Of a DNA stretch of 64,000 bases, positions 1-9,600 are shown one piece after another. Position 1 is the first letter of the stretch. Every line of letters starts with the position of its first letter. Source of the DNA: Saprospiraceae bacterium (GTDB lineage Bacteria; Bacteroidota; Bacteroidia; Chitinophagales; Saprospiraceae); contig JBGAWQ010000014.1 in the NCBI GenBank assembly GCA_044227555.1, positions 12,206 to 76,205 on the forward strand. The letters are read 5' to 3'. The notes below the pieces were generated by a model. The model was not told the DNA's origin. It saw nothing but the letters and a program-made list of their open reading frames with translations, and made no database searches. The translations under genes were made by a program, and so were the position numbers.

Positions 1-3000
1 TGTATTGTGAACAGCTTGGTCAGGAACTGATGGTGGTGGTCACAGAGTTGCCCACAAACAACAGTTGTATGTCCACGATTTTTATTGAGGACAAACTGAA
101 ACCGGAATTGGTATGCACCAGTGATACGTTGCCATGTAACGTGGATATCGAAGATATCCCTTTTGAGGATTACATTGAATCGGTAACGGATAATTGCGAT
201 ACGGATGTCGACTTATGGCATTCGTATGTAGTTCAAAATCTGCCTTGCAACGCAGACCATTTTACCAAGCAGATATTGGTGACGTGGACCGCCACGGACA
301 ATTACGGTAACAGTTCAACGTGCCAGGATGTCATCTATCTGCGTAAGCCGGCACTTAATCAGGTCCAGTTTCCACCCAACATCACGATCAGTTGTGTCAA
401 CGCCGATACAAGTCCATCCAATACGGGTGAGCCGATGTATAATAACGAACCATTGGGCAATGCCTGCCAGATTTCTTTCACCCATACAGATCAAACCATC
501 CCGATGTGTCCGGGATCTAAGAAAATATTACGTACCTGGATCCTAAAAGATTGGTGTATAAGCGGCCAGCTCTCTCATGTGCAGGAAATATTAGTGGAAG
601 ATAAGACTCCACCTGTGATCACCTGCCCGGGCAACCTCACCCTTTCAACACCTCCAGGATCATGTAGTATAAAGTATACTTTGCCTTCGCCTCCGGTATC
701 AGATGCATGTGCTAGTGCAAATCTGATCGACATTGACATATTTGTCTATGGCATACCTGGAATATTTTCTCCAGGGCAAATGGTTACCCTGGGGTTGGGC
801 ACGACACTCATAACCATGAGAGCTACAGATCCATGCGGTAATTCAACGCAATGTTTCTATAACGTGACGGTGAAGGATGTTACACCACCGGTCTTAGTCT
901 GCCCGGGTAATGTCACCATCAGTTGCAATGCCAGCACCCTGCCTTCCAATACAGGAACAGCAACGGCTGTCGATGGATGTGATCCTGCCCCAGTAGTGAC
1001 CTATAGTGATGTCACTTCCGCGACCGGTGGATGTAATGGGTATAGTATTACCCGTACATGGAAGGCAACAGATAGTAGTGGCAATAGTATTACCTGTATG
1101 CAGATGATTTTGTTTGCTGATACCAATCCCCCGGTCATCACATGTCCTGTCAATCTGACGGTATCTTGCACGGCCAGCACATTGCCTGCCAATACAGGCA
1201 GTGCAACGGCTACGGATCAATGTGATCCAACCCCAACCATCACTTTTGCAGATAACACGGTTGGCGGTGCTTGTCCACAGGAACGAACCATTAATCGAAC
1301 GTGGAAGGCTACAGATGATTGCGGCAATTCCAGCACTTGTGTGCAGATTATTTTTGTGGATGATAATCTCGCTCCGGTGATTACGTGTCCGCCGAATATC
1401 ACCATTGAATGTTCAGAATCTACGAATCCAACCCATACGGGGTCAGCAACGGCTACGGACAATTGTGATGGAACACCCACTATCACCTTTACAGATGTGA
1501 CTGCGCCTGCGGGTCCACAAACTTATACGATCACCAGAACGTGGAAGGCCACGGATGATTGTGGCAATTCAAGCACCTGTAACCAGATTATCCTGGTGCA
1601 TGATGAAACTCCGCCAGTGATCACGTGTCCGCCGAACATTACCATTGCCTGTACAGCTAATACTTTGCCTCCGGCAACGGGTACTGCTACGGCCACAGAC
1701 AACTGTGACCCAGCGCCGGATATAACCTTTACGGATATTACTACCGGCGCATCTTGCCCACAGGAGAGAACCATTACCCGAACGTGGGTAGCCACCGATG
1801 ATTGTGGTAATTCCAGTACATGTGTACAAACCATCTTCGTCGATGATAATCTGGCTCCTGTATTGACATGCCCTGCTAACCTTACTATTCAATGTACAGC
1901 CAGTACCTTGCCTGCCAATACAGGGAACGCTACAGCGACTGACAATTGTGACGGAACACCAACGATTACATTCACAGATGCCACCGTTGCCGGCGGATGT
2001 CCGCAAGAAAGGACGATCACACGGACCTGGCGGGCCACCGATGATTGTGGTAATTTCAGTACCTGCAACCAAACTATTTTTGTGGACGATAGCGTGGCGC
2101 CGGTCATCACCTGTCCAGCCAATATCACCATATTATGTACGGCAAGTACTTTGCCCGCCAATACTGGTACAGCAACTGCAACAGATAATTGTGATGGTAC
2201 CCCGACAGTTACTTTTACCGATGTGACAGTGGCTGGCGTATGTGCGCAAGAACGGACGATCACAAGGACCTGGCGGGCTACCGATGATTGCGGTAACTCG
2301 AGCACCTGTAATCAAACTATTTTCGTAGATGACAATCAAGCCCCGGCTATTACCTGTCCGGCTAACGTAACAATAAATTGCAGTTCAGGTACACTGCCTC
2401 CTGCTACAGGGTCAGCAACAGCCACTGATAATTGTACAGCTTCTCCAACGATCACCTTTAGTGATGCAACAGTATCTGGTGCCTGTCCATTGTTGATGAC
2501 TATCACGCGTACCTGGACCGCCTCTGATGGATGCGGAAATTCTACTGCGTGCATTCAAATTGTGGTTGTCACGGACAACACGCCTCCTGTGATTTCATGC
2601 CCGGCCAATATCACTATTGAATGTACAGCCAGCACACTTCCGGCAAACACAGGCTCTGCTACGGCCACGGATGCCTGCGATAGTGCGCCGACGATTACAT
2701 CTTCAGATGTGACTGTTGGCGGAGCTTGTCCCCAGGAGAGAACCATTACCCGAACGTGGGTCGCGACAGATGATTGCGGCAATACAAGTACCTGTGTTCA
2801 GACTATTTTTGTCGATGATAGTACCGCGCCAGTCCTGACCTGTCCGGCTAACTTAACCATACAATGTAACGCAAACACCCTCCCGGCCAATACGGGTACT
2901 GCAACAGCCACGGACAATTGTGATGTTGCGCCAGCCGTAACCTTTTCTGATGTGACTTCAGGAACGGGATGCCCTGCGGGTTATACGATCAACCGAACCT

Positions 3001-6000
3001 GGACAGGTACAGATGATTGCGGCAACGCATCCACATGCCTGCAGGTCATCACTATCGCGGATAATGTGGCTCCTGTGGTCACATGTCCTGGCAATGTGAC
3101 CATACAATGTACAGCTAGCACTTTGCCTACCAATACTGGAAATGCAACCGCGACAGATGTATGTGATGCCACCCCAACGATTACCTTCTCTGATGTAACC
3201 GTTGGTGGTGCTTGTCCGCAAGAATATACCATCACGCGTACGTGGAGCGCAACAGATGATTGCGGTAATACCGGTACTTGTAATCAGACCATTATAGTGG
3301 ATGACTCGCAGGCCCCGATATGTGCTGCACAGAATATTACAGTTTCCCTCAATGGTAATGGTATGGTCACGATTCAGGCTTCACAAGTGAATAATGGTTC
3401 TAGTGATGCATGTGGTCCGGTTACCTTGGCGGTATCTCCAAGCAACTTTGATTGTACCGACTTAGGACAGAACCTGGTCACTTTAACGGTCACTGACTGT
3501 CCGGGAAATACATCAACATGTACCGCATTTGTAACCGTTGAAGATAATGGAGGATTAGAAGCCATTTGTCAGAATGTGACCATTTTCCTGGATGCCAATG
3601 GAAATGCATCAGTGGATCCAACACAAGTGGATAATGGTTCAGGTGGAGGATGTAATCCTGGGGACCTTGACTTTGATCTTTCACAAACCGATTTCAATTG
3701 TACGGACCTCGGTCAGAATATCGTGATTTTAACCGTTACAGACCAGAATGGCAATACAGCTACCTGTACAGCGTTCATCACAGTTATCGATCTGATCCCT
3801 CCGGTGATCACATGTCCCGCAAACCTCACGGTCGATTGCCATACGGTTACAGATCCTAATAATACTGGTATTTATGGTCAGGCCACGGCTACAGACAACT
3901 GTCCCGGTGTGACTATAACAGAAACGCATGTCATAAATCTCAATGATTGCGGGGTAGGGACTATTGTGAGAACCTTCAAAGCCACTGATGCATCTGGTAA
4001 CATGTCAACGTGTGTTCAGACCGTGACCGTTAATAATCCTAATCCTTTGGATCAGGGTGATATCACCTGGCCCGCTTCTCCTGTCAATGTGAACATTTGT
4101 AATTCGACGGATCCGGCGAACATTCCAAATGGTGTTCCCATAATTGATCCTTCGGCTCTTCTCTGTTCTAATCCAGTGGTTACTTATGCCGATGTGACGG
4201 TGATGAATGTGGACAACAATCCTAATACACCCTGTAAGATTATCACGCGGACCTGGACCATTACTGATAATTGTCAGGCGAACGGAGTGTTTATGTTTGT
4301 GCAGACCATTAATGTTCAGGATCCTACAGCTCCGGTATTTACCAATATCAATGATATGACCAAGGTGGCTAATGCCAATTGTGTTGCACCTTTCACCATC
4401 ATTGCTTCTGCTACGGATTGTGGTGGTGTCACGATCACTAATAATTCACCTTATGGAGCTACCACAGGAGCAAATGCAAGTGGTAATTATCCCATCGGGG
4501 TCACCGTGGTGATCTTTACAGCTACGGATGGTTGTGGAAATATCTCAACGATGGATGTCGTGATTACGGTTACGGATCCGGATCCAACCGAGTTCCAGTG
4601 TGAGAAGGCGGTTATCTTCCTTCCTCCGGAAACAGAAATTACCATCCCTGCTGACACGTTCGTGACCTTCCTTGAGGGTAATTGTACAAATGCGGATGAC
4701 TTCCTTGTGAGTTTTACAAGAACCAGCGCATTTGACACTCTGAAAACGTACGATTGCGGGGATGTTGGCGTAAGCACATTTAGTTTGTATTTCTGGAATG
4801 CTGCAGGTACGATGATTGTGGATAGTTGTAATACGGCTGACCTTGACTTACGGGATCCTTTGGATTATTGCCAGGATGGACTTGTATTGTGGGGTAATGT
4901 TGAAAATGAAGATGGTCTGGATGTCAGTGGGGTAGAAGTCAGTGTCATCAATGCACCTATGACGCCGGATACTACAGATCAGAAAGGACAATACCAGATT
5001 GAAGGGTTGAATGAAGGTATAGGATATCGGGTTGCACCCTATGATGATGAAAATCATCGTGAAGGTGTATCCACGCTGGACCTGGTGCTGATTCAAAAGC
5101 ACTTGTTGGGTAAAGCCAAGCTGAACTCACCTTACAAGATCATTGCAGCGGATGCCAACAACAGTGGACATTTGACTGCGCTAGACCTGCTTGAAATCCG
5201 GAAACTGATTCTTGGCATTATCGATCGATATTCAAGTAATACCTCCTGGAGATTCGTCGACCGGAATTATGGGTTTATTGATCCTTACAATCCGTTCACG
5301 CCGCCGTTCCCAGAGTCTGTTTGGATCGACAGTGTTAGCGGAGGTATTGATACCGCCAATTTTGTGGGCATCAAGGTTGGGGATGTAAATGGATCCTACT
5401 TCCTGCATCGATCTGCTGGAGAGAAGTTGCAGCCTAGATCTAATGCTATGTATGGTTTGAAGCTCAGTGAGAAGGCTGATCAGGAATCCGGAAAAGTGCA
5501 GAGGATGATCAAAGCTCTTCCCGGACAAAGCAAGATTGATGGTATGCAGTTTAGTCTGTTTGCCGGCGATCTTACTCCAGATCAACTCAATCAGGTTACT
5601 TCTGAAGTGTTGACGGATGATCAGTGGTATTACAATTCGAATACCCGGATGATCTATATCAGCTGGTCATCCGCGGATGAGGTAGATCTTGGGGACAAAG
5701 TCATCCTGACGCTACCTGCTTCACAGATGCCGGCAGCTGCGGTTGAAATTATACAATCTGCGGTTGTTCCGGAAGCGTACCTGGTCGAGGGGGATGATGT
5801 GCAGATCTTTAAGGTCCTCATCTCTAGCCGGGAGGGTGCTGAGCCGGTTGCAGAGGATTACCAATTGTTCCAGAATATCCCTAACCCATTCAGTGAGAAT
5901 ACCAGCATTCGGTTCTCCCTACCGAAACCTGAGGTGGCTACCCTGGTTATTCATGACCTGGCAGGACGCCAGATCTACCGTAAGCAGGTGTCCGGAGTGG

Positions 6001-6119
6001 CGGGAATCAATGAAATCCTGGTTCGTAAGCAGGATTTGGGTACTACCGGGATATACTATTACACGCTATATACAGCCAATGCAAGTTTTACACATAAAAT
6101 GAGCTTTTCTAACGACTAG
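1..6119 (+). CDS. Giant Cys-rich cell-surface protein (HYR/Ig-like tandem modules, dockerin-like EF-hand pair, cohesin-like module, T9SS type-A C-terminal sorting domain); 5' partial
   Basis: ORF 30..6119. The frame has no stop back to nt 3, so the N-terminus probably lies upstream of the window. Ten tandem ~81-aa modules have the consensus PPVITCPxNITIxCTASTLPANTGxATATDNCD..ERTITRTWxATDDCGNSSTCxQTIFVDD. The C-terminal ~86 aa (YQLFQNIPNPFSENTSIRFSLP..LVIHDLAGRQIY) look like a Por/T9SS secretion tail. Confidence 0.85.
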   Translation, partial: YCEQLGQELMVVVTELPTNNSCMSTIFIEDKLKPELVCTSDTLPCNVDIEDIPFEDYIESVTDNCDTDVDLWHSYVVQNLPCNADHFTKQILVTWTATDNYGNSSTCQDVIYLRKPALNQVQFPPNITISCVNADTSPSNTGEPMYNNEPLGNACQISFTHTDQTIPMCPGSKKILRTWILKDWCISGQLSHVQEILVEDKTPPVITCPGNLTLSTPPGSCSIKYTLPSPPVSDACASANLIDIDIFVYGIPGIFSPGQMVTLGLGTTLITMRATDPCGNSTQCFYNVTVKDVTPPVLVCPGNVTISCNASTLPSNTGTATAVDGCDPAPVVTYSDVTSATGGCNGYSITRTWKATDSSGNSITCMQMILFADTNPPVITCPVNLTVSCTASTLPANTGSATATDQCDPTPTITFADNTVGGACPQERTINRTWKATDDCGNSSTCVQIIFVDDNLAPVITCPPNITIECSESTNPTHTGSATATDNCDGTPTITFTDVTAPAGPQTYTITRTWKATDDCGNSSTCNQIILVHDETPPVITCPPNITIACTANTLPPATGTATATDNCDPAPDITFTDITTGASCPQERTITRTWVATDDCGNSSTCVQTIFVDDNLAPVLTCPANLTIQCTASTLPANTGNATATDNCDGTPTITFTDATVAGGCPQERTITRTWRATDDCGNFSTCNQTIFVDDSVAPVITCPANITILCTASTLPANTGTATATDNCDGTPTVTFTDVTVAGVCAQERTITRTWRATDDCGNSSTCNQTIFVDDNQAPAITCPANVTINCSSGTLPPATGSATATDNCTASPTITFSDATVSGACPLLMTITRTWTASDGCGNSTACIQIVVVTDNTPPVISCPANITIECTASTLPANTGSATATDACDSAPTITSSDVTVGGACPQERTITRTWVATDDCGNTSTCVQTIFVDDSTAPVLTCPANLTIQCNANTLPANTGTATATDNCDVAPAVTFSDVTSGTGCPAGYTINRTWTGTDDCGNASTCLQVITIADNVAPVVTCPGNVTIQCTASTLPTNTGNATATDVCDATPTITFSDVTVGGACPQEYTITRTWSATDDCGNTGTCNQTIIVDDSQAPICAAQNITVSLNGNGMVTIQASQVNNGSSDACGPVTLAVSPSNFDCTDLGQNLVTLTVTDCPGNTSTCTAFVTVEDNGGLEAICQNVTIFLDANGNASVDPTQVDNGSGGGCNPGDLDFDLSQTDFNCTDLGQNIVILTVTDQNGNTATCTAFITVIDLIPPVITCPANLTVDCHTVTDPNNTGIYGQATATDNCPGVTITETHVINLNDCGVGTIVRTFKATDASGNMSTCVQTVTVNNPNPLDQGDITWPASPVNVNICNSTDPANIPNGVPIIDPSALLCSNPVVTYADVTVMNVDNNPNTPCKIITRTWTITDNCQANGVFMFVQTINVQDPTAPVFTNINDMTKVANANCVAPFTIIASATDCGGVTITNNSPYGATTGANASGNYPIGVTVVIFTATDGCGNISTMDVVITVTDPDPTEFQCEKAVIFLPPETEITIPADTFVTFLEGNCTNADDFLVSFTRTSAFDTLKTYDCGDVGVSTFSLYFWNAAGTMIVDSCNTADLDLRDPLDYCQDGLVLWGNVENEDGLDVSGVEVSVINAPMTPDTTDQKGQYQIEGLNEGIGYRVAPYDDENHREGVSTLDLVLIQKHLLGKAKLNSPYKIIAADANNSGHLTALDLLEIRKLILGIIDRYSSNTSWRFVDRNYGFIDPYNPFTPPFPESVWIDSVSGGIDTANFVGIKVGDVNGSYFLHRSAGEKLQPRSNAMYGLKLSEKADQESGKVQRMIKALPGQSKIDGMQFSLFAGDLTPDQLNQVTSEVLTDDQWYYNSNTRMIYISWSSADEVDLGDKVILTLPASQMPAAAVEIIQSAVVPEAYLVEGDDVQIFKVLISSREGAEPVAEDYQLFQNIPNPFSENTSIRFSLPKPEVATLVIHDLAGRQIYRKQVSGVAGINEILVRKQDLGTTGIYYYTLYTANASFTHKMSFSND
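885..3311 (+). repeat. Ten tandem ~243-nt coding repeats (81-aa Cys-rich modules) inside the adhesin gene
   Basis: The PPV(I/L)xCP module start recurs every 240-243 nt. Exact DNA blocks are shared between units, e.g. a 29-nt block caggagagaaccattacccgaacgtgggt at about 1761 and about 2733 (offset 972 nt = 4 units). Confidence 0.9.
5043..5216 (+). other. Dockerin-like pair of EF-hand Ca-binding loops in adhesin 1
   Basis: DDENHREGVSTLDLVLIQKHLLG ... DANNSGHLTALDLLEIRKLILG. The second loop fits DxNxxGxxxxxD followed by a helix. Confidence 0.6.
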
Positions 6120-6173
6120 TTTTTGAGACGTTGGGTCTTTTAATCGACCTATCGACGTTACTTTTTGGGAAAA

Positions 6174-6198
6174 CCCCCTCATCGAGGGGGTTTTTTTT
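6174..6198 (+). terminator. Intrinsic terminator after adhesin 1
   Basis: ccccctc-atc-gaggggg hairpin followed by 8 T. Confidence 0.85.
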
Positions 6199-6336
6199 AT
6201 CTCCTGATAATAAATTTGTTATAGTTTAATGTAATATAATTATATATAATACTAATAATCAATATTATACGAATAGTATAATTCTATAATGTAAAAAATA
6301 CCTTTTCAGGGGTATATTGTCATATTATGACTAATC

Positions 6337-6344
6337 TATATTTG
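6337..6344 (+). promoter_or_regulatory. Candidate -7 promoter element TATATTTG for adhesin 2
   Basis: Matches the Bacteroidota sigma-A consensus TAnnTTTG. A TTG lies 17 nt upstream. The motif sits in a ~220-bp very AT-rich island and implies a ~260-nt 5' UTR. Confidence 0.3.
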
Positions 6345-6473
6345 TACTGGCATTAAACAATTTTCTAATCTGTTAAATGCTGATTTAGATAATAGTACAG
6401 GTTACAATTTATTTCATATTTGAACCGGAGATAAATTGCCCATCCTGGCCACCTGACCTTCCTGAACGATAAT

Positions 6474-6580
6474 AAGCCTAAGCTGGCGGTAAGCGGCGTT
6501 TCCGCGACCAGCCACCGATCACACAAATTGCTATTGCCAAAGCGGCGCAGCCTTTAGCGGTCCGCTTTCAATATAGGCTT
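6474..6580 (+). promoter_or_regulatory. GC-rich structured element in the 5' leader of adhesin 2 (three-way junction candidate)
   Basis: The closing helix is AAGCCTA/TAGGCTT (6474-6480 / 6574-6580). It encloses two hairpins, GCTGGCGG..CCGCGACCAGC (6482-6511) and AAAGCGG..CCGCTTT (6539-6568). A 9-T run lies at 6587-6595. Confidence 0.25.
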
Positions 6581-6612
6581 AACTATTTTTTTTTAACTAA
6601 AACTAAGATCTC

Positions 6613-9600
6613 ATGAAGAAAACGGACTTTTCTGTTTCTCTCAGGGATGGTGTGCGTAAACGTCTCAAACAGTATTCAAGACTTTTGTCCCAATCCCTGA
6701 CAGCGAGCTTACTCCTACTGACGCTCCTGTGGCAAAACCCTGTTCTCGGACAGAGTAACTGCTCGCTAGGTTGCCACGGCGCTCAGGTATCTTTAGGTGC
6801 AGACTGCACAGCTGAAGTTACAGTAGCCATGATTGGGGAGACCACCCAATGCCCCAATGGTCAGTTTACCGTATATGTTTATACCCTGGCCGGGGATACC
6901 ATTCCCAATGCCATTGTTACCCATGCACAGATTGGGATGACTTTGATAGCCAGTGTGTATGACAATATCTCTGGCAACAGCTGCTGGACATATATTACGG
7001 TTCAGGACAAAATGAGGCCGACGATCGAATGTGCAGACATGACCGTCTCCTGTCTTGACTTGTACAATTACAATGGCCCGGTGGCCAGCGATAACTGCGA
7101 TAATTCACCGACCATTATCCTGGTCAATGAAGAGGCAGAGTTGCTATGCGACCCATTGTATATCAAGCAGATCACACGTACGTACATCGCAAGGGATGAT
7201 TCAGGTAATGAATCCGTTCCTTGCCAAATGACTATTTCCGTAACGCGTATCAATTATGAGGATATTACATTCCCGGATTCTCTGGTTGTCATCAATGATA
7301 CAGAGTTGGAGTGTGATGGAATATGGGCTGATGCCAATAATGACGGCATTCCTGATCCTCTTCCGGATGGTCCGATTCCAGGGACAGGTGTACCCACGAT
7401 TGACGGCACCCCGATTTATCCTGATTTCATCGGTTTCTGCAATGCGCTGACCACCTATGAAGATCTGGTTTTCCCAACAATCGGTTGTGTCAAGAAAATC
7501 ATGCGCGTATGGACGGTAAGAGAATGGCACTGTACCGGTGAAACCGATACCTTATATGTACAGATCATCGAGATCGTAGATAATGAGGGACCAAGCATTG
7601 TTTGCCCTGCCAATTTCACACACACGACTACAGGACACAATTGTACTGCAGCTATCTGGTTGCCTGCTGCCAATATCGTTGATAATTGCAGCCCTACCTA
7701 TACAGCTACAGTCGCATATCCTGGTGGATTCTGCAATTCCAACGGAGGATGTTGGGCTAATCTGCCGGTAGGTAACAATGTAATTACCTATACCGCGTAT
7801 GACCAATGCTACAATTCAAGTCAGTGCACCATGACCATTACGGTTCAGGATCTGACTCCACCCGTAGCGGTCTGTGATGAACATACTGTAGTATCCCTTA
7901 CCCTGGGTGGCCACAATGGGCTGACCAAGGTAGATGCCTCTGTATTTGATGATGGCAGTTATGACGCATGCGGTCCGGTGACTTTCCGCGCCCGCAGGAT
8001 GGACTCTTGCAACGACTATGACTGGACTACTTATGGTGCTGGTGTGGATGAAACTCCTAACCAAATCATAGATGGCTATGACCGGGGTACCTACCACACT
8101 CCAAAAGTTCCTTTCTGGTGCTGTGATGCCGGTGCGGGCCCGATCATGGTTGAACTTGAAGTAACTGATGCCTCAGGCAACCATAACTACTGCATGGTGG
8201 AAGTCATCGTGCAAGACAAGATTAAGCCACACATTACCTGTCCAAGTAGTGTGACCATCAGCTGTGACTATCCACTCAATCTGGATGATCTGAGCGATTT
8301 CGGCAATGTTGTTCGCGATCAGCATGATGTTCAGACCTGGTGTGTATATGATCCGTCTAATCCATATGCCAACCAGAATGATTTCATCTGTGGAACAGAT
8401 GGTATTGCTACAGACAATTGTGATGTTGAAATCACGGTTAATGACGTACCACACATCAATAACTGCGGTGTCGGATATATTGACCGCTTCTGGAGAGCAG
8501 AAGACTCAAATGGTTATGATCAATGCGTCCAGCGCATCACCGTTGTGAATTTCTCGCCGATAACCTATCAATCTATCGATTGGCCAGATGATTATCATGG
8601 TCTCGAGTGCCGTGAAGGAACAGATCCTGAAGAACTTGAGTATCCATACAATAGTCCGGTTATCAATGAAGATGCCTGCGACCTGGTTGGTGTTACGCAT
8701 GAAGATGTTGTATTCCCGATCGTAGATGGCGCTTGCTTCAAGATCCTCCGTACCTGGAAGGTCATCGAATGGTGTCTGTATGAACAATACGGCGGAATCG
8801 TTGAAGGTGTTAATTATTGGGAGCACACTCAGGTGTTGAAAGTAGTCAATCAATATGGACCTGAATTCGAAACCGATCAGCCCACCATCGAGCGCTGCAA
8901 TGACTTCGACTGTGGAGGTATTCCTCTTGAGTTGATCCAGACGGCTGACGATGATTGCACGCCGGACAACCTGCTGCAATGGACATACGCCATTGACCTT
9001 AACAATGACCAGACTATTGATCTGGGTCCGTATACCGGGCTTGGTGCGACTATCAATGCATCCAGAACCTACCAATTGGGTACGCACAGGATCATTTATT
9101 CCTTTGAAGACCGTTGCGGTAACCGTACTGTACGTGAGCAATTGCTCATCTTGAAATCCTGTAAAGCTCCTGTTCCTGTGTGTATACACGGACTTTCTAC
9201 AGACCTGATGGCTGTGGATACCGATGGCGATGGAATCGAAGACACCGGTATGGTGACCGTATGGGCTTCGGACTTCAATGCAAGCAGCTATCATCCATGT
9301 GGCTTCCCATTTGAATTCTCCCTTTCTTCGGATGTAACCGAGAAGAGCCGCACGTTCACATGCGAAGACGTTGGCCAGGGCCAGGTACCGGTTAACCTCT
9401 ACGTTACCGATGCTCTCGGCAACCAGGCTTATTGCGAAACGTATATCATCGTGGATGATAACAATGATGTTTGTCCTGAAGGTGGTAATCTGACCGGCAC
9501 CATTACTGGTAATGTCAGCACCGAGACTTCTGACAACGTACTTGATGTGCAAGTAGGTATCCAGGGTTCTACCTTGCTGCCAATGTCTACCAATCACGCG

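Noticed and set aside
6196-6435. Invertible promoter: the 9-bp inverted repeat TTTATCTCC (6196-6204) / GGAGATAAA (6427-6435) flanks the AT-rich island that holds the promoter motif.
   Set aside because: A 9-bp inverted repeat is expected by chance at about 0.5 per region of this size. No site-specific recombinase gene is nearby. It would only be worth revisiting if reads show both orientations.
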